Source of the DNA: Balanoglossus misakiensis
Lineage: Eukaryota; Animalia; Hemichordata
Direction: 5' to 3'
Length of the DNA stretch: 64,000 nt
Assembly (NCBI GenBank): GCA_040954595.2
Contig: CM082591.2
Span: 607,782-671,781 of the forward strand
Positions 51,501 to 64,000 of the stretch are shown here, in pieces. The notes under the pieces were generated by a model that saw only the letters and a list, made by a program, of their open reading frames with translations, was not told the DNA's origin and searched no databases. How positions within the stretch are numbered: the first letter of the stretch is position 1; each line of letters starts with the position of its first letter. The position numbers and the translations under genes were made by a program.

Positions 51501-54500
51501 AATTTTGAAATTCCGCAAAGTCGGAAAATTCTCATTTTGGGATGATTTTCATGAGCTATAACCCATGATTTTTTCAAAAATCGGCCAAATTTTGAAATTC
51601 CGCAAAGTCGGAAAATTCTCATTTTGGGATGATTTTCATGAGCTATAACCCATGATTTTTTCAAAAATCGGCCAAATTTTGAAATTCCGCAAAGTCGAAA
51701 AATTCTCATTTTGGGATGATTTTCATGAGCTATAACCCATGATTTTTTCAAAAATCGGCCAAATTTTGAAATTCCGCAAAGTCGAAAATTCTCATTTTGG
51801 GATGATTTTCATGAGGTATAACCCATGATTTTTTCAAAAATCGGCCAAATTTTGAAATTCCGCAAAGTCGGAAAATTCTCATTTTGGGATGATTTTCATG
51901 AGCTATAACCCATGATTTTTTCAAAAATCGGCCAAATTTTGAAATTCCGCAAAGTCGAAAAATTCTCATTTTGGGATGATTTTCATGAGCTATAACCCAT
52001 GATTTTTTCAAAAATCGGCCAAATTTTGAAATTCCGCAAAGTCGAAAAATTCTCATTTTGGGATGATTTTCATGAGCTATAACCCATGATTTTTCAAAAA
52101 TCGGCCAAATTTTGAAATTCCGCAAAGTCGGAAAATTCTCATTTTGGGATGATTTTCATGAGCTATAACCCATGATTTTTTCAAAAATCGGCCAAATTTT
52201 GAAATTCCGCAAAGTCGGAAAATTCTCATTTTGGGATGATTTTCATGAGCTATAACCCATGATTTTTTCAAAAATCGGCCAAATTTTGAAATTCCGCAAA
52301 GTCGGAAAATTCTCATTTTGGGATGATTTTCATGAGCTATAACCCATGATTTTTTCAAAAATCGGCCAAATTTTGAAATTCCGCAAAGTCGGAAAATTCT
52401 CATTTTGGTATGATTTTCATGAGCTATAACCCATGATTTTTTCAAAAATCGGCCAAATTTTGAAATTCCGCAAAGTCGGAAAATTCTCATTTTGGGATGA
52501 TTTTCATGAGCTATAACCCATGATTTTTTCAAAAATCGGCCAAATTTTGAAATTCCGCAAAGTCGGAAAATTCTCATTTTGGGATGATTTTCATGAGCTA
52601 TAACCCATGATTTTTTCAAAAATCGGCCAAATTTTGAAATTCCGCAAAGTCGGAAAATTCTCATTTTGGGATGATTTTCATGAGCTATAACCCATGATTT
52701 TTTCAAAAATCGGCCAAATTTTGAAATTCCGCAAAGTCGGAAAATTCTCATTTTGGGATGATTTTCATGAGCTATAACCCATGATTTTTTCAAAAATCGG
52801 CCAAATTTTGAAATTCCGCAAAGTCGGAAAATTCTCATTTTGGGATGATTTTCATGAGCTATAACCCATGATTTTTTCAAAAATCGGCCAAATTTTGAAA
52901 TTCCGCAAAGTCGGAAAATTCTCATTTTGGGATGATTTTCATGAGCTATAACCCATGATTTTTTCAAAAATCGGCCAAATTTTGAAATTCCGCAAAGTCG
53001 GAAAATTCTCATTTTGGGATGATTTTCATGAGCTATAACCCATGATTTTTTCAAAAATCGGCCAAATTTTGAAATTCCGCAAAGTCGAAAAATTCTCATT
53101 TTGGGATGATTTTCATGAGCTATAACCCATGATTTTTTCAAAAATCGGCCAAATTTTGAAATTCCGCAAAGTCGGAAAATTCTCATTTTGGGATGATTTT
53201 CATGAGCTATAACCCATGATTTTTTCAAAAATCGGCCAAATTTTGAAATTCCGCAAAGTCGGAAAATTCTCATTTTGGGATGATTTTCATGAGCTATAAC
53301 CCATGATTTTTTCAAAAATCGGCCAAATTTTGAAATCCCGCAAAGTCGGAAAATTATCATTTTGGGATGATTTTCATGAGCTATAACCCATGATTTTTTA
53401 AAAAATCGGCCAAATTTTGAAATTCCGCAAAGTCGGAAAATTCTCATTTTGGGATGATTTTCATGAGCTATAACCCATGATTTTTTAAAAAATCGGCCAA
53501 ATTTTGAAATTCCGCAAAGTCGAAAAATTCTCATTTTGGGATGATTTTCATGAGCTATAACCCATGATTTTTTCAAAAATCGGCCAAATTTTGAAATTCC
53601 GCAAAGTCGAAAATTCTCATTTTGGGATGATTTTCATGAGCTATAACCCATGATTTTTTCAATAATCCGCCAAATTTTGAAATTCCGCAAAGTCGGAAAA
53701 TTCTCATTTTGGGATGATTTTCATGAGCTATAACCCATGATTTTTTCAAAAATCGGCCAAATTTTGAAATTCCGCAAAGTCGGAAAATTCTCATTTTGGG
53801 ATGATTTTCATGAGCTATAACCCATGATTTTTTCAAAAATCGGCCAAATTTTGAAATTCCGCAAAGTCGGAAAATTCTCATTTTGGGATGATTTTCATGA
53901 GCTATAACCCATGATTTTTTCAAAAATCGGCCAAATTTTGAAATTCCGCAAAGTCGAAAAATTCTCATTTTGGGATGATTTTCATGAGCTATAACCCATG
54001 ATTTTTTCAAAAATCGGCCAAATTTTGAAATCCCGCAAAGTCGGAAAATTCTCATTTTGGATGATTTTCATGAGCTATAACCCATGATTTTTTCAAAAAT
54101 CGGCCAAATTTTGAAATCCCGCAAAGTCGGAAAATTCTCATTTTGGGATGATTTTCATGAGCTATAACCCATGATTTTTTCAAAAATCGGCCAAATTTTG
54201 AAATTCCGCAAAGTCGGAAAATTCTCATTTTGGGATGATTTTCATGAGCTATAACCCATGATTTTTTCAAAAATCGGCCAAATTTTGAAATTCCGCAAAG
54301 TCGGAAAATTCTCATTTTGGGATGATTTTCATGAGCTATAACCCATGATTTTTTCAAAAATCGGCCAAATTTTGAAATTCCGCAAAGTCGAAAAATTCTC
54401 ATTTTGGGATGATTTTCATGAGCTATAACCCATGATTTTTTCAAAAATCGGCCAAATTTTGAAATTCCGCAAAGTCAAAAAATTCTCATTTTGGGATGAT

Positions 54501-57500
54501 TTTCATGAGCTATAACCCATGATTTTTTCAAAAATCGGCCAAATTTTGAAATTCCGCAAAGTCGGAAAATTCTCATTTTGGGATGATTTTCATGAGCTAT
54601 AACCCATGATTTTTTCAAAAATCGGCCAAATTTTGAAATTCCGCAAAGTCGGAAAATTCTCATTTTGGGATGATTTTCATGAGCTATAACCCATGATTTT
54701 TTTCAAAAATCGGCCAAATTTTGAAATTCCGCAAAGTCGGAAAATTCTCATTTTGGGATGATTTTCATGTGCTATAACCCATGATTTTTTCAAAAATCGG
54801 CCAAGTTTTGAAATTCCGCAAAGTCGGAAAATTCTCATTTTGGGATGATTTTCATGAGCTATAACCCATGATTTTTTCAAAAATCGGCCAAATTTTGAAA
54901 TTCCGCAAAGTCGGAAAATTCTCATTTTGGGATGATTTTCATGAGCTATAACCCATGATTTTTTCAAAAATCGGCCAAATTTTGAAATCCCGCAAAGTCG
55001 GAAAATTCTCATTTTGGGATGATTTTCATGAGCTATAACCCATGATTTTTTTCAAAAATCGGCCAAATTTTGAAATTCCGCAAAGTCGAAAAATTCTCAT
55101 TTTGGGATGATTTTCATGAGCTATAACCCATGATTTTTTCAAAAATCGGCCAAATTTTGAAATTCCGCAAAGTCGGAAAATTCTCATTTTGGGATGATTT
55201 TCATGAGCTATAACCCATGATTTTTTCAAAAATCGGCCAAATTTTGAAATTCCGCAAAGTCGAAAAATTCTCATTTTGGGATGATTTTCATGAGCTATAA
55301 CCCATGATTTTTTCAAAAATCGGCCAAATTTTGAAATTCCGCAAAGTCGAAAAATTCTCATTTTGGGATGATTTTCATGAGCTATAACCCATGATTTTTT
55401 CAAAAATCGGCCAAATTTTGAAATTCCGCAAAGTCGGAAAATTCTCATTTTGGGATGATTTTCATGAGCTATAACCCATGATTTTTTTCAAAAATCGGCC
55501 AAATTTTGAAATTCCGCAAAGTCGGAAAATTCTCATTTTGGGATGATTTTCATGAGCTATAACCCATGATTTTTTTCAAAAATCGGCCAAATTTTGAAAT
55601 TCCGCAAAGTCGAGAAATTCTCATTTTGGGATGATTTTCATGAGCTATAACCCATGATTTTTTTCAAAAATCGGCCAAATTTTGAAATTCCGCAAAGTCG
55701 GAAAATTCTCATTTTGGGATGATTTTCATGAGCTATAACCCATGATTTTTTTCAAAAATCGGCCAAATTTTGAAATTCCGCAAAGTCGGAAAATTCTCAT
55801 TTTGGGATGATTTTCATGAGCTATAACCCATGATTTTTTCAAAAATCGGCCAAATTTTGAAATTCCGCAAAGTCGGAAAATTCTCATTTTGGGATGATTT
55901 TCATGAGCTATAACCCATGATTTTTTCAAAATCGGCCAAATTTTGAAATTCCGCAAAGTCGGAAAATTCTCATTTTGGGATGATTTTCATGAGCTATAAC
56001 CCATGATTTTTTCAAAAATCGGCCAAATTTTGAAATTCCGCAAAGTCGGAAAATTCTCATTTTGGGATGATTTTCATGAGCTATAACCCATGATTTTTTC
56101 AAAAATCGGCCAAATTTTGAAATTCCGCAAAGTCGGAAAATTCTCATTTTGGGATGATTTTCATGAGCTATAACCCATGATTTTTTCAAAAATCGGCCAA
56201 ATTTTGAAATTCCGCAAAGTCGGAAAATTCTCATTTTGGGATGATTTTCATGAGCTATAACCCATGATTTTTTCAAAAATCGGCCAAATTTTGAAATTCC
56301 GCAAAGTCGGAAAATTCTCATTTTGGGATGATTTTCATGAGCTATAACCCATGATTTTTTCAAAAATCGGCCAAGTTTTGAAATTCCGCAAAGTCGGAAA
56401 ATTCTCATTTTGGATGATTTTCATGAGCTATAACCCATGATTTTTTCAAAAATCGGCCAAATTTTGAAATTCCGCAAAGTCGAAAAATTCTCATTTTGGG
56501 ATGATTTTCATGAGCTATAACCCATGATTTTTTCAAAAATCGGCCAAATTTTGAAATTTCGCAAAGTCGAAAAATTCTCATTTTGGGATGATTTCATGAG
56601 CTATAACCCATGATTTTTTCAAAAATCGGCCAAATTTTGAAATTCCGCAAAGTCGAAAAAATTCTCATTTTGGGATGATTTTCATGAGCTATAACCCATG
56701 ATTTTTTCAAAAATCGGCCAAATTTTGAAATTCCGCAAAGTCGGAAAATTCTCATTTTGGGATGATTTTCATGAGCTATAACCCATGATTTTTTCAAAAA
56801 TCGGCCAAATTTTGAAATTCCGCAAAGTCGGAAAATTCTCATTTTGGGATGATTTTCATGAGCTATAACCCATGATTTTTTCAAAAATCGGCCAAATTTT
56901 GAAATTCCGCAAAGTCGGAAAATTCTCATTTTGGGATGATTTTCATGAGCTATAACCCATGATTTTTTCAAAAATCGGCCAAATTTTGAAATTCCGCAAA
57001 GTCGGAAAATTCTCATTTTGGGATGATTTTCATGAGCTATAACCCATGATTTTTTCAAAAATCGGCCAAATTTTGAAATTCCGCAAAGTCGAAAAATTCT
57101 CATTTTGGGATGATTTTCATGAGCTATAACCCATGATTTTTTCAAAAATCGGCCAAATTTTGAAATTCCGCAAAGTCGAAAAATTCTCATTTTGGGATGA
57201 TTTTCATGAGCTATAACCCATGATTTTTTCAAAAATCGGCCAAATTTTGAAATTCCGCAAAGTCGAAAAATTCTCATTTTGGGATGATTTTCATGAGCTA
57301 TAACCCATGATTTTTTCAAAAATCGGCCAAATTTTGAAATTCCGCAAAGTCGAAAAATTCTCATTTTGGGATGATTTTCATGAGCTATAACCCATGATTT
57401 TTTCAATAATCGGCCAAATTTTGAAATTCCGCAAAGTCGAAAAATTCTCATTTTGGGATGATTTTCATGAGCTATAACCCATGATTTTTTTCAAAAATCG

Positions 57501-60500
57501 GCCAAATTTGAAATTCCGCAAAGTCGAAAAATTCTCATTTTGGGATGATTTTCATGAGCTATAACCCATGATTTTTTCAAAAATCGGCCAAATTTTGAAA
57601 TTCCGCAAAGTCGGAAAATTCTCATTTTGGGATGATTTTCATGAGCTATAACCCATGATTTTTTCAAAAATCGGCCAAATTTTGAAATTCCGCAAAGTCG
57701 AAAAATTCTCATTTTGGGATGATTTTCATGAGCTATAACCCATGATTTTTTCAAAAATCGGCCAAATTTTGAAATTCCGCAAAGTCGAAAAATTCTCATT
57801 TTGGGATGATTTTCATGAGCTATAACCCATGATTTTTTCAAAAATCGGCCAAATTTTGAAATTCCGCAAAGTCGGAAAATTCTCATTTTGGGATGATTTT
57901 CATGAGCTATAACCCATGATTTTTTCAAAAATCGGCCAAATTTTGAAATTCCGCAAAGTCGAAAAATTCTCATTTTGGGATGATTTTCATGAGCTATAAC
58001 CCATGATTTTTTCAAAAATCGGCCAAATTTTGAAATTCCGCAAAGTCGAAAAATTCTCATTTTGGGATGATTTTCATGAGCTATAACCCATGATTTTTTC
58101 AAAAATCGGCCAAATTTTGAAATTCCGCAAAGTCGAAAAATTCTCATTTTGGGATGATTTTCATGAGCTATAACCCATGATTTTTTCAAAAATCGGCCAA
58201 ATTTTGAAATTCCGCAAAGTCGAAAAATTCTCATTTTGGGATGATTTTCATGAGCTATAACCCATGATTTTTTCAAAAACGGCCAAATTTTGAAATTCCG
58301 CAAAGTCGAAAAATTCTCATTTTGGGATGATTTTCATGAGCTATAACCCATGATTTTTTCAAAAATCGGCCAAATTTTGAAATTCCGCAAAGTCGAAAAA
58401 TTCTCATTTTGGGATGATTTTCATGAGCTATAACCCATGATTTTTTCAAAAATCGGCCAAATTTTGAAATTCCGCAAAGTCGAAAAATTCTCATTTTGGG
58501 ATGGATTTTCATGAGCTATAACCCATGATTTTTCAAAAATCGGCCAAATTTTGAAATTCCGCAAAGTCGAAAATTCTCATTTTGGGATGATTTTCATGAG
58601 CTATAACCCATGATTTTTTCAAAAATCGGCCAAATTTTGAAATTCCGCAAAGTCGAAAAATTCTCATTTTGGGATGATTTTCATGAGCTATAACCCATGA
58701 TTTTTTCAAAAATCGGCCAAATTTTGAAATTCCGCAAAGTCAAAAAATTCTCATTTTGGATGATTTTCATGAGCTATAACCCATGATTTTTTCAAAAATC
58801 GGCCAAATTTTGAAATTCCGCAAAGTCGAAAAATTCTCATTTTGGGATGATTTTCATGAGCTATAACCCATGATTTTTCAAAAATCGGCCAAATTTTGAA
58901 ATTCCGCAAAGTCGAAAAATTCTCATTTTGGGATGATTTTCATGAGCTATAACCCATGATTTTTTCAATAATCGGCCAAATTTTGAAATTCCGCAAAGTC
59001 GAAAAATTCTCATTTTGGGATGATTTTCATGAGCTATAACCCATGATTTTTTCAAAAATCGGCCAAATTTTGAAATTCCGCAAAGTCGAAAAATTCTCAT
59101 TTTGGGATGATTTTCATGAGCTATAACCCATGATTTTTTCAAAATCGGCCAAATTTTGAAATTCCGCAAAGTCGGAAAATTCTCATTTTGGATGATTTTC
59201 ATGAGCTATAACCCATGATTTTTTCAAAAATCGGCCAAATTTTGAAATTCCGCAAAGTCGAAAAATTCTCATTTTGGGATGATTTTCATGAGCTATAACC
59301 CATGATTTTTTTCAAAAATCGGCCAAATTTTGAAATTCCGCAAAGTCGAAAAATTCTCATTTTGGGATGATTTTCATGAGCTATAACCCATGATTTTTTC
59401 AAAAATCGGCCAAATTTTGAAATTCCGCAAAGTCGGAAAATTCTCATTTTGGGATGATTTTCATGAGCTATAACCCATGATTTTTTCAAAAATCGGCCAA
59501 ATTTTGAAATTCCGCAAAGTCGAAAAATTCTCATTTTGGGATGATTTTCATGAGCTATAACCCATGATTTTTTCAAAAATCGGCCAAATTTTGAAATTCC
59601 GCAAAGTCGAAAAATTCTCATTTTGGGATGATTTTCATGAGCTATAACCCATGATTTTTTCAAAAATCGGCCAAATTTTGAAATTCCGCAAAGTCGAAAA
59701 ATTCTCATTTTGGGATGATTTTCATGAGCTATAACCCATGATTTTTTCAAAAATCGGCCAAATTTTGAAATTCCGCAAAGTCGAAAAATTCTCATTTTGG
59801 GATGATTTTCATGAGCTATAACCCATGATTTTTTCAAAAATCGGCCAAATTTTGAAATTCCGCAAAGTCGAAAAATTCTCATTTTGGGATGATTTTCATG
59901 AGCTATAACCCATGATTTTTTCAAAAATCGGCCAAATTTTGAAATTCCGCAAAGTCGAAAAATTCTCATTTTGGGATGATTTTCATGAGCTATAACCCAT
60001 GATTTTTTCAAAAATCGGCCAAATTTTGAAATTCCGCAAAGTCGAAAAATTCTCATTTTGGGATGATTTTCATGAGCTATAACCCATGATTTTTTCAAAA
60101 ATCGGCCAAATTTTGAAATTCCGCAAAGTCGAAAAATTCTCATTTTGGGATGATTTTCATGAGCTATAACCCATGATTTTTTCAAAAATCGGCCAAATTT
60201 TGAAATTCCGCAAAGTCGAAAAATTCTCATTTTGGGATGATTTTCATGAGCTATAACCCATGATTTTTTCAAAAATCGGCCAAATTTTGAAATTCCGCAA
60301 AGTCGAAAAATTCTCATTTTGGGATGATTTTCATGAGCTATAACCCATGATTTTTTCAAAAATCGGCCAAATTTTGAAATTCCGCAAAGTCGAAAAATTC
60401 TCATTTTGGATGATTTTCATGAGCTATAACCCATGATTTTTTCAAAAATCGGCCAAATTTTGAAATTCCGCAAAGTCGAAAAATTCTCATTTTGGGATGA

Positions 60501-63500
60501 TTTTCATGAGCTATAACCCATGATTTTTTCAAAAATCGGCCAAATTTTGAAATTCCGCAAAGTCGAAAAATTCTCATTTTGGGATGATTTTCATGAGCTA
60601 TAACCCATGATTTTTTCAAAAATCGGCCAAATTTTGAAATTCCGCAAAGTCGAAAAATTCTCATTTTGGGATGATTTTCATGAGCTATAACCCATGATTT
60701 TTTCAAAAATCGGCCAAATTTTGAAATTCCGCAAAGTCGAAAAATTCTCATTTTGGGATGATTTCATGAGCTATAACCCATGATTTTTTCAAAAATCGGC
60801 CAAATTTTGAAATTCGCAAAGTCGAAAAATTCTCATTTTGGGATGATTTTCATGAGCTATAACCCATGATTTTTTCAAAAATCGGCCAAATTTTGAAATT
60901 CCGCAAAGTCGAAAAATTCTCATTTTGGGATGATTTTCATGAGCTATAACCCATGATTTTTTCAAAATCGGCCAAATTTTGAAATTCCGCAAAGTCGAAA
61001 AATTCTCATTTTGGGATAATTTTCATGAGCTATAACCCATGATTTTTTCAAAAATCGGCCAAATTTTGAAATTCCGCAAAGTCGAAAAATTCTCATTTTG
61101 GGATGATTTTCATGAGCTATAACCCATGATTTTTCAAAAATCGGCCAAATTTTGAAATTCCGCAAAGTCGAAAAATTCTCATTTTGGGATGATTTTCATG
61201 AGCTATAACCCATGATTTTTTCAAAAATCGGCCAAATTTTGAAATTCCGCAAAGTCGAAAAATTCTCATTTTGGGATGATTTTCATGAGCTATAACCCAT
61301 GATTTTTTCAAAAATCGGCCAAATTTTGAAATTCCGCAAAGTCGAAAAATTCTCATTTTGGGATGATTTTCATGAGCTATAACCCATGATTTTTTCAAAA
61401 ATCGGCCAAATTTTGAAATTCCGCAAAGTCGAAAAATTCTCATTTTGGGATGATTTTCATGAGCTATAACCCATGATTTTTTCAAAAATCGGCCAAATTT
61501 TGAAATTCCGCAAAGTCGAAAAATTCTCATTTGGGATGATTTTCATGAGCTATAACCCATGATTTTTTCAAAAATCGGCCAAATTTTGAAATTCCGCAAA
61601 GTCGAAAAATTCTCATTTTGGGATGATTTTCATGAGCTATAACCCATGATTTTTTCAAAAATCGGCCAAATTTTGAAATTCCGCAAAGTCGAAAAATTCT
61701 CATTTTGGGATGATTTTCATGAGCTATAACCCATGATTTTTTCAAAAATCGGCCAAATTTTGAAATTCCGCAAAGTCGAAAAATTCTCATTTTGGGATGA
61801 TTTTCATGAGCTAAAACCCATGATTTTTTCAAAAATCGGCCAAATTTTGAAATTCCGCAAAGTCGAAAAATTCTCATTTTGGGATGATTTTCATGAGCTA
61901 TAAACCCATGATTTTTTCAAAAATCGGCCAAATTTTGAAATTCCGCAAAGTCGAAAAATTCTCATTTTGGGATGATTTTCATGAGCTATAACCCATGATT
62001 TTTTCAAAAATCGGCCAAATTTTGAAATTCCGCAAAGTCGAAAAATTCTCATTTTTGGGATGATTTTCATGAGCTATAACCCATGATTTTTTCAAAAATC
62101 GGCCAAATTTTGAAATTCCGCAAAGTCGAAAAATTCTCATTTTGGGATGATTTTCATGAGCTATAACCCATGATTTTTTCAAAAATCGGCCAAATTTTGA
62201 AATTCCGCAAAGTCGAAAAATTCTCATTTTGGGATGATTTTCATGAGCTATAACCCATGATTTTTTCAAAAATCGGCCAAATTTTGAAATTCCGCAAAGT
62301 CGAAAAATTCTCATTTTGGGATGATTTTCATGAGCTATAACCCATGATTTTTTCAAAAATCGGCCAAATTTTGAAATTCCGCAAAGTCGAAAAATTCTCA
62401 TTTTGGGATGATTTTCATGAGCTATAACCCATGATTTTTTCAAAAATCGGCCAAATTTTGAAATTCCGCAAAGTCGAAAAATTCTCATTTTGGGATGATT
62501 TTCATGAGCTATAACCCATGATTTTTTCAAAAATCGGCCAAATTTTGAAATTCCGCAAAGTCGAAAAATTCTCATTTTGGGATGATTTTCATGAGCTATA
62601 ACCCATGATTTTTTCAAAAATCGGCCAAATTTTGAAATTCCGCAAAGTCGAAAAATTCTCATTTTGGGATGATTTTCATGAGCTATAACCCATGATTTTT
62701 TCAAAAATCGGCCAAATTTTGAAATTCCGCAAAGTCGAAAAATTCTCATTTTGGGATGATTTTCATGAGCTATAACCCATGATTTTTTCAAAAATCGGCC
62801 AAATTTTGAAATTCCGCAAAGTCGAAAAATTCTCATTTTGGGATGATTTTCATGAGCTATAACCCATGATTTTTTCAAAAATCGGCCAAATTTTGAAATT
62901 CCGCAAAGTCGAAAAATTCTCATTTTGGGATGATTTTCATGAGCTATAACCCATGATTTTTTCAAAAATCGGCCAAATTTTGAAATTCCGCAAAGTCGAA
63001 AAATTCTCATTTTGGGATGATTTTCATGAGCTATAACCCATGATTTTTTCAAAAATCGGCCAAATTTTGAAATTCCGCAAAGTCGAAAAATTCTCATTTT
63101 GGGATGATTTTCATGAGCTATAACCCATGATTTTTCAAAAATCGGCCAAATTTTGAAATTCCGCAAAGTCGAAAAATTCTCATTTTGGGATGATTTTCAT
63201 GAGCTATAACCCATGATTTTTTCAAAAATCGGCCAAATTTTGAAATTCCGCAAAGTCGAAAAATTCTCATTTTGGGATGATTTTCATGAGCTATAACCCA
63301 TGATTTTTTCAAAAATCGGCCAAATTTTGAAATTCCGCAAAGTCGAAAAATTCTCATTTTGGGATGATTTTCATGAGCTATAACCCATGATTTTTTCAAA
63401 AATCGGCCAAATTTTGAAATTCCGCAAAGTCGAAAAATTCTCATTTTGGGATGATTTTCATGAGCTATAACCCATGATTTTTTCAAAAATCGGCCAAATT

Positions 63501-64000
63501 TTGAAATTCCGCAAAGTCGAAAAATTCTCATTTTGGGATGATTTTCATGAGCTATAACCCATGATTTTTTCAAAAATCGGCCAAATTTTGAAATTCCGCA
63601 AAGTCGAAAAATTCTCATTTTGGGATGATTTTCATGAGCTATAACCCATATCCGCAAAGTCAAAATCTCATTTGATGATTTTCATGAGCTATAACCCATG
63701 ATTTTTCAAAATGGCAATGAAGCAAAGTCGAAAAATTCTCATTTTGGGATGTTTGAGCTATACATGATTTTTTCAAAATCGGCCAAATTTTTGAATTCCG
63801 CAAAGTCGAAAACTCACATTTTGGGATGATTTTTTGAGCTCAACCAGATTTTTCAAAATGGCCAATTTGAAATACCGCAAAGTCGAAAAATTCTCATTTT
63901 GGGATGATTTTCATGAGCTATAACCCATTGATTTTTCAAAAATCGGCCAAATTTTGAAATTCCGCAAAGTCGGAAAAATTCTCATTTTGGGATGGATTTT
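45546..64000. repeat. 87-bp tandem satellite DNA array (~210 copies, continues past the window end)
   Basis: Consensus ttttcatgagctataacccatgattttttcaaaaatcggccaaattttgaaattccgcaaagtcg(g/a)aaaattctcattttgggatga, highly homogeneous; the ORF track shows a 29-aa periodicity. Confidence 0.99.

Noticed and set aside
45534-63663. Long minus-strand ORFs (up to 1073 aa) of a 29-aa repeat MRIFRLCGISKFGRFLKKSWVIAHENHPK
   Set aside because: By-product of an 87-bp (3n) monomer lacking a stop in one frame. Frames break at homopolymer indels and there is no gene context.
45546-64000. CRISPR-like array
   Set aside because: Units are head-to-tail and near-identical with no unique spacers and no cas genes; the context is eukaryotic.
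63640-64000. Abruptly more diverged satellite units at the far end
   Set aside because: The dense small deletions look like low-coverage read error near a contig end rather than biology.

Overview
Eukaryotic (animal) genomic DNA with GT-AG introns; the gene content suggests a marine invertebrate, possibly a deuterostome (inference only). From left to right: (1) a 4-coding-exon LIM-domain-only gene of the LMO1/LMO3/Beadex type (6624-12362, +) in a large non-coding region rich in homeodomain-type sites; (2) a 5'-truncated non-LTR retrotransposon with an uninterrupted RT ORF and a (TAAA)n tail (~20741-22765); (3) two tandem, intronless aminergic class A GPCRs resembling histamine H3/H4 receptors (24044-25255, 33381-34562); (4) a compact cluster of three small spliced genes (+,-,+; 37333-44997), largely missed by the ORF track, each encoding a stand-alone SAM/Pointed (PNT) domain with no ETS DNA-binding domain. 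Two resemble Drosophila Mae/Edl and one resembles the SPDEF PNT domain; all share a phase-1 intron at the same Asp codon, and NF-kB-type sites sit in the middle gene's promoter/intron. (5) An ~18.5 kb, 87-bp tandem satellite runs to the window end. The PNT-only cluster is the most novel-looking system. Gene models were built by eye from splice signals and reading frame, and protein similarities are from recall, not from searches.
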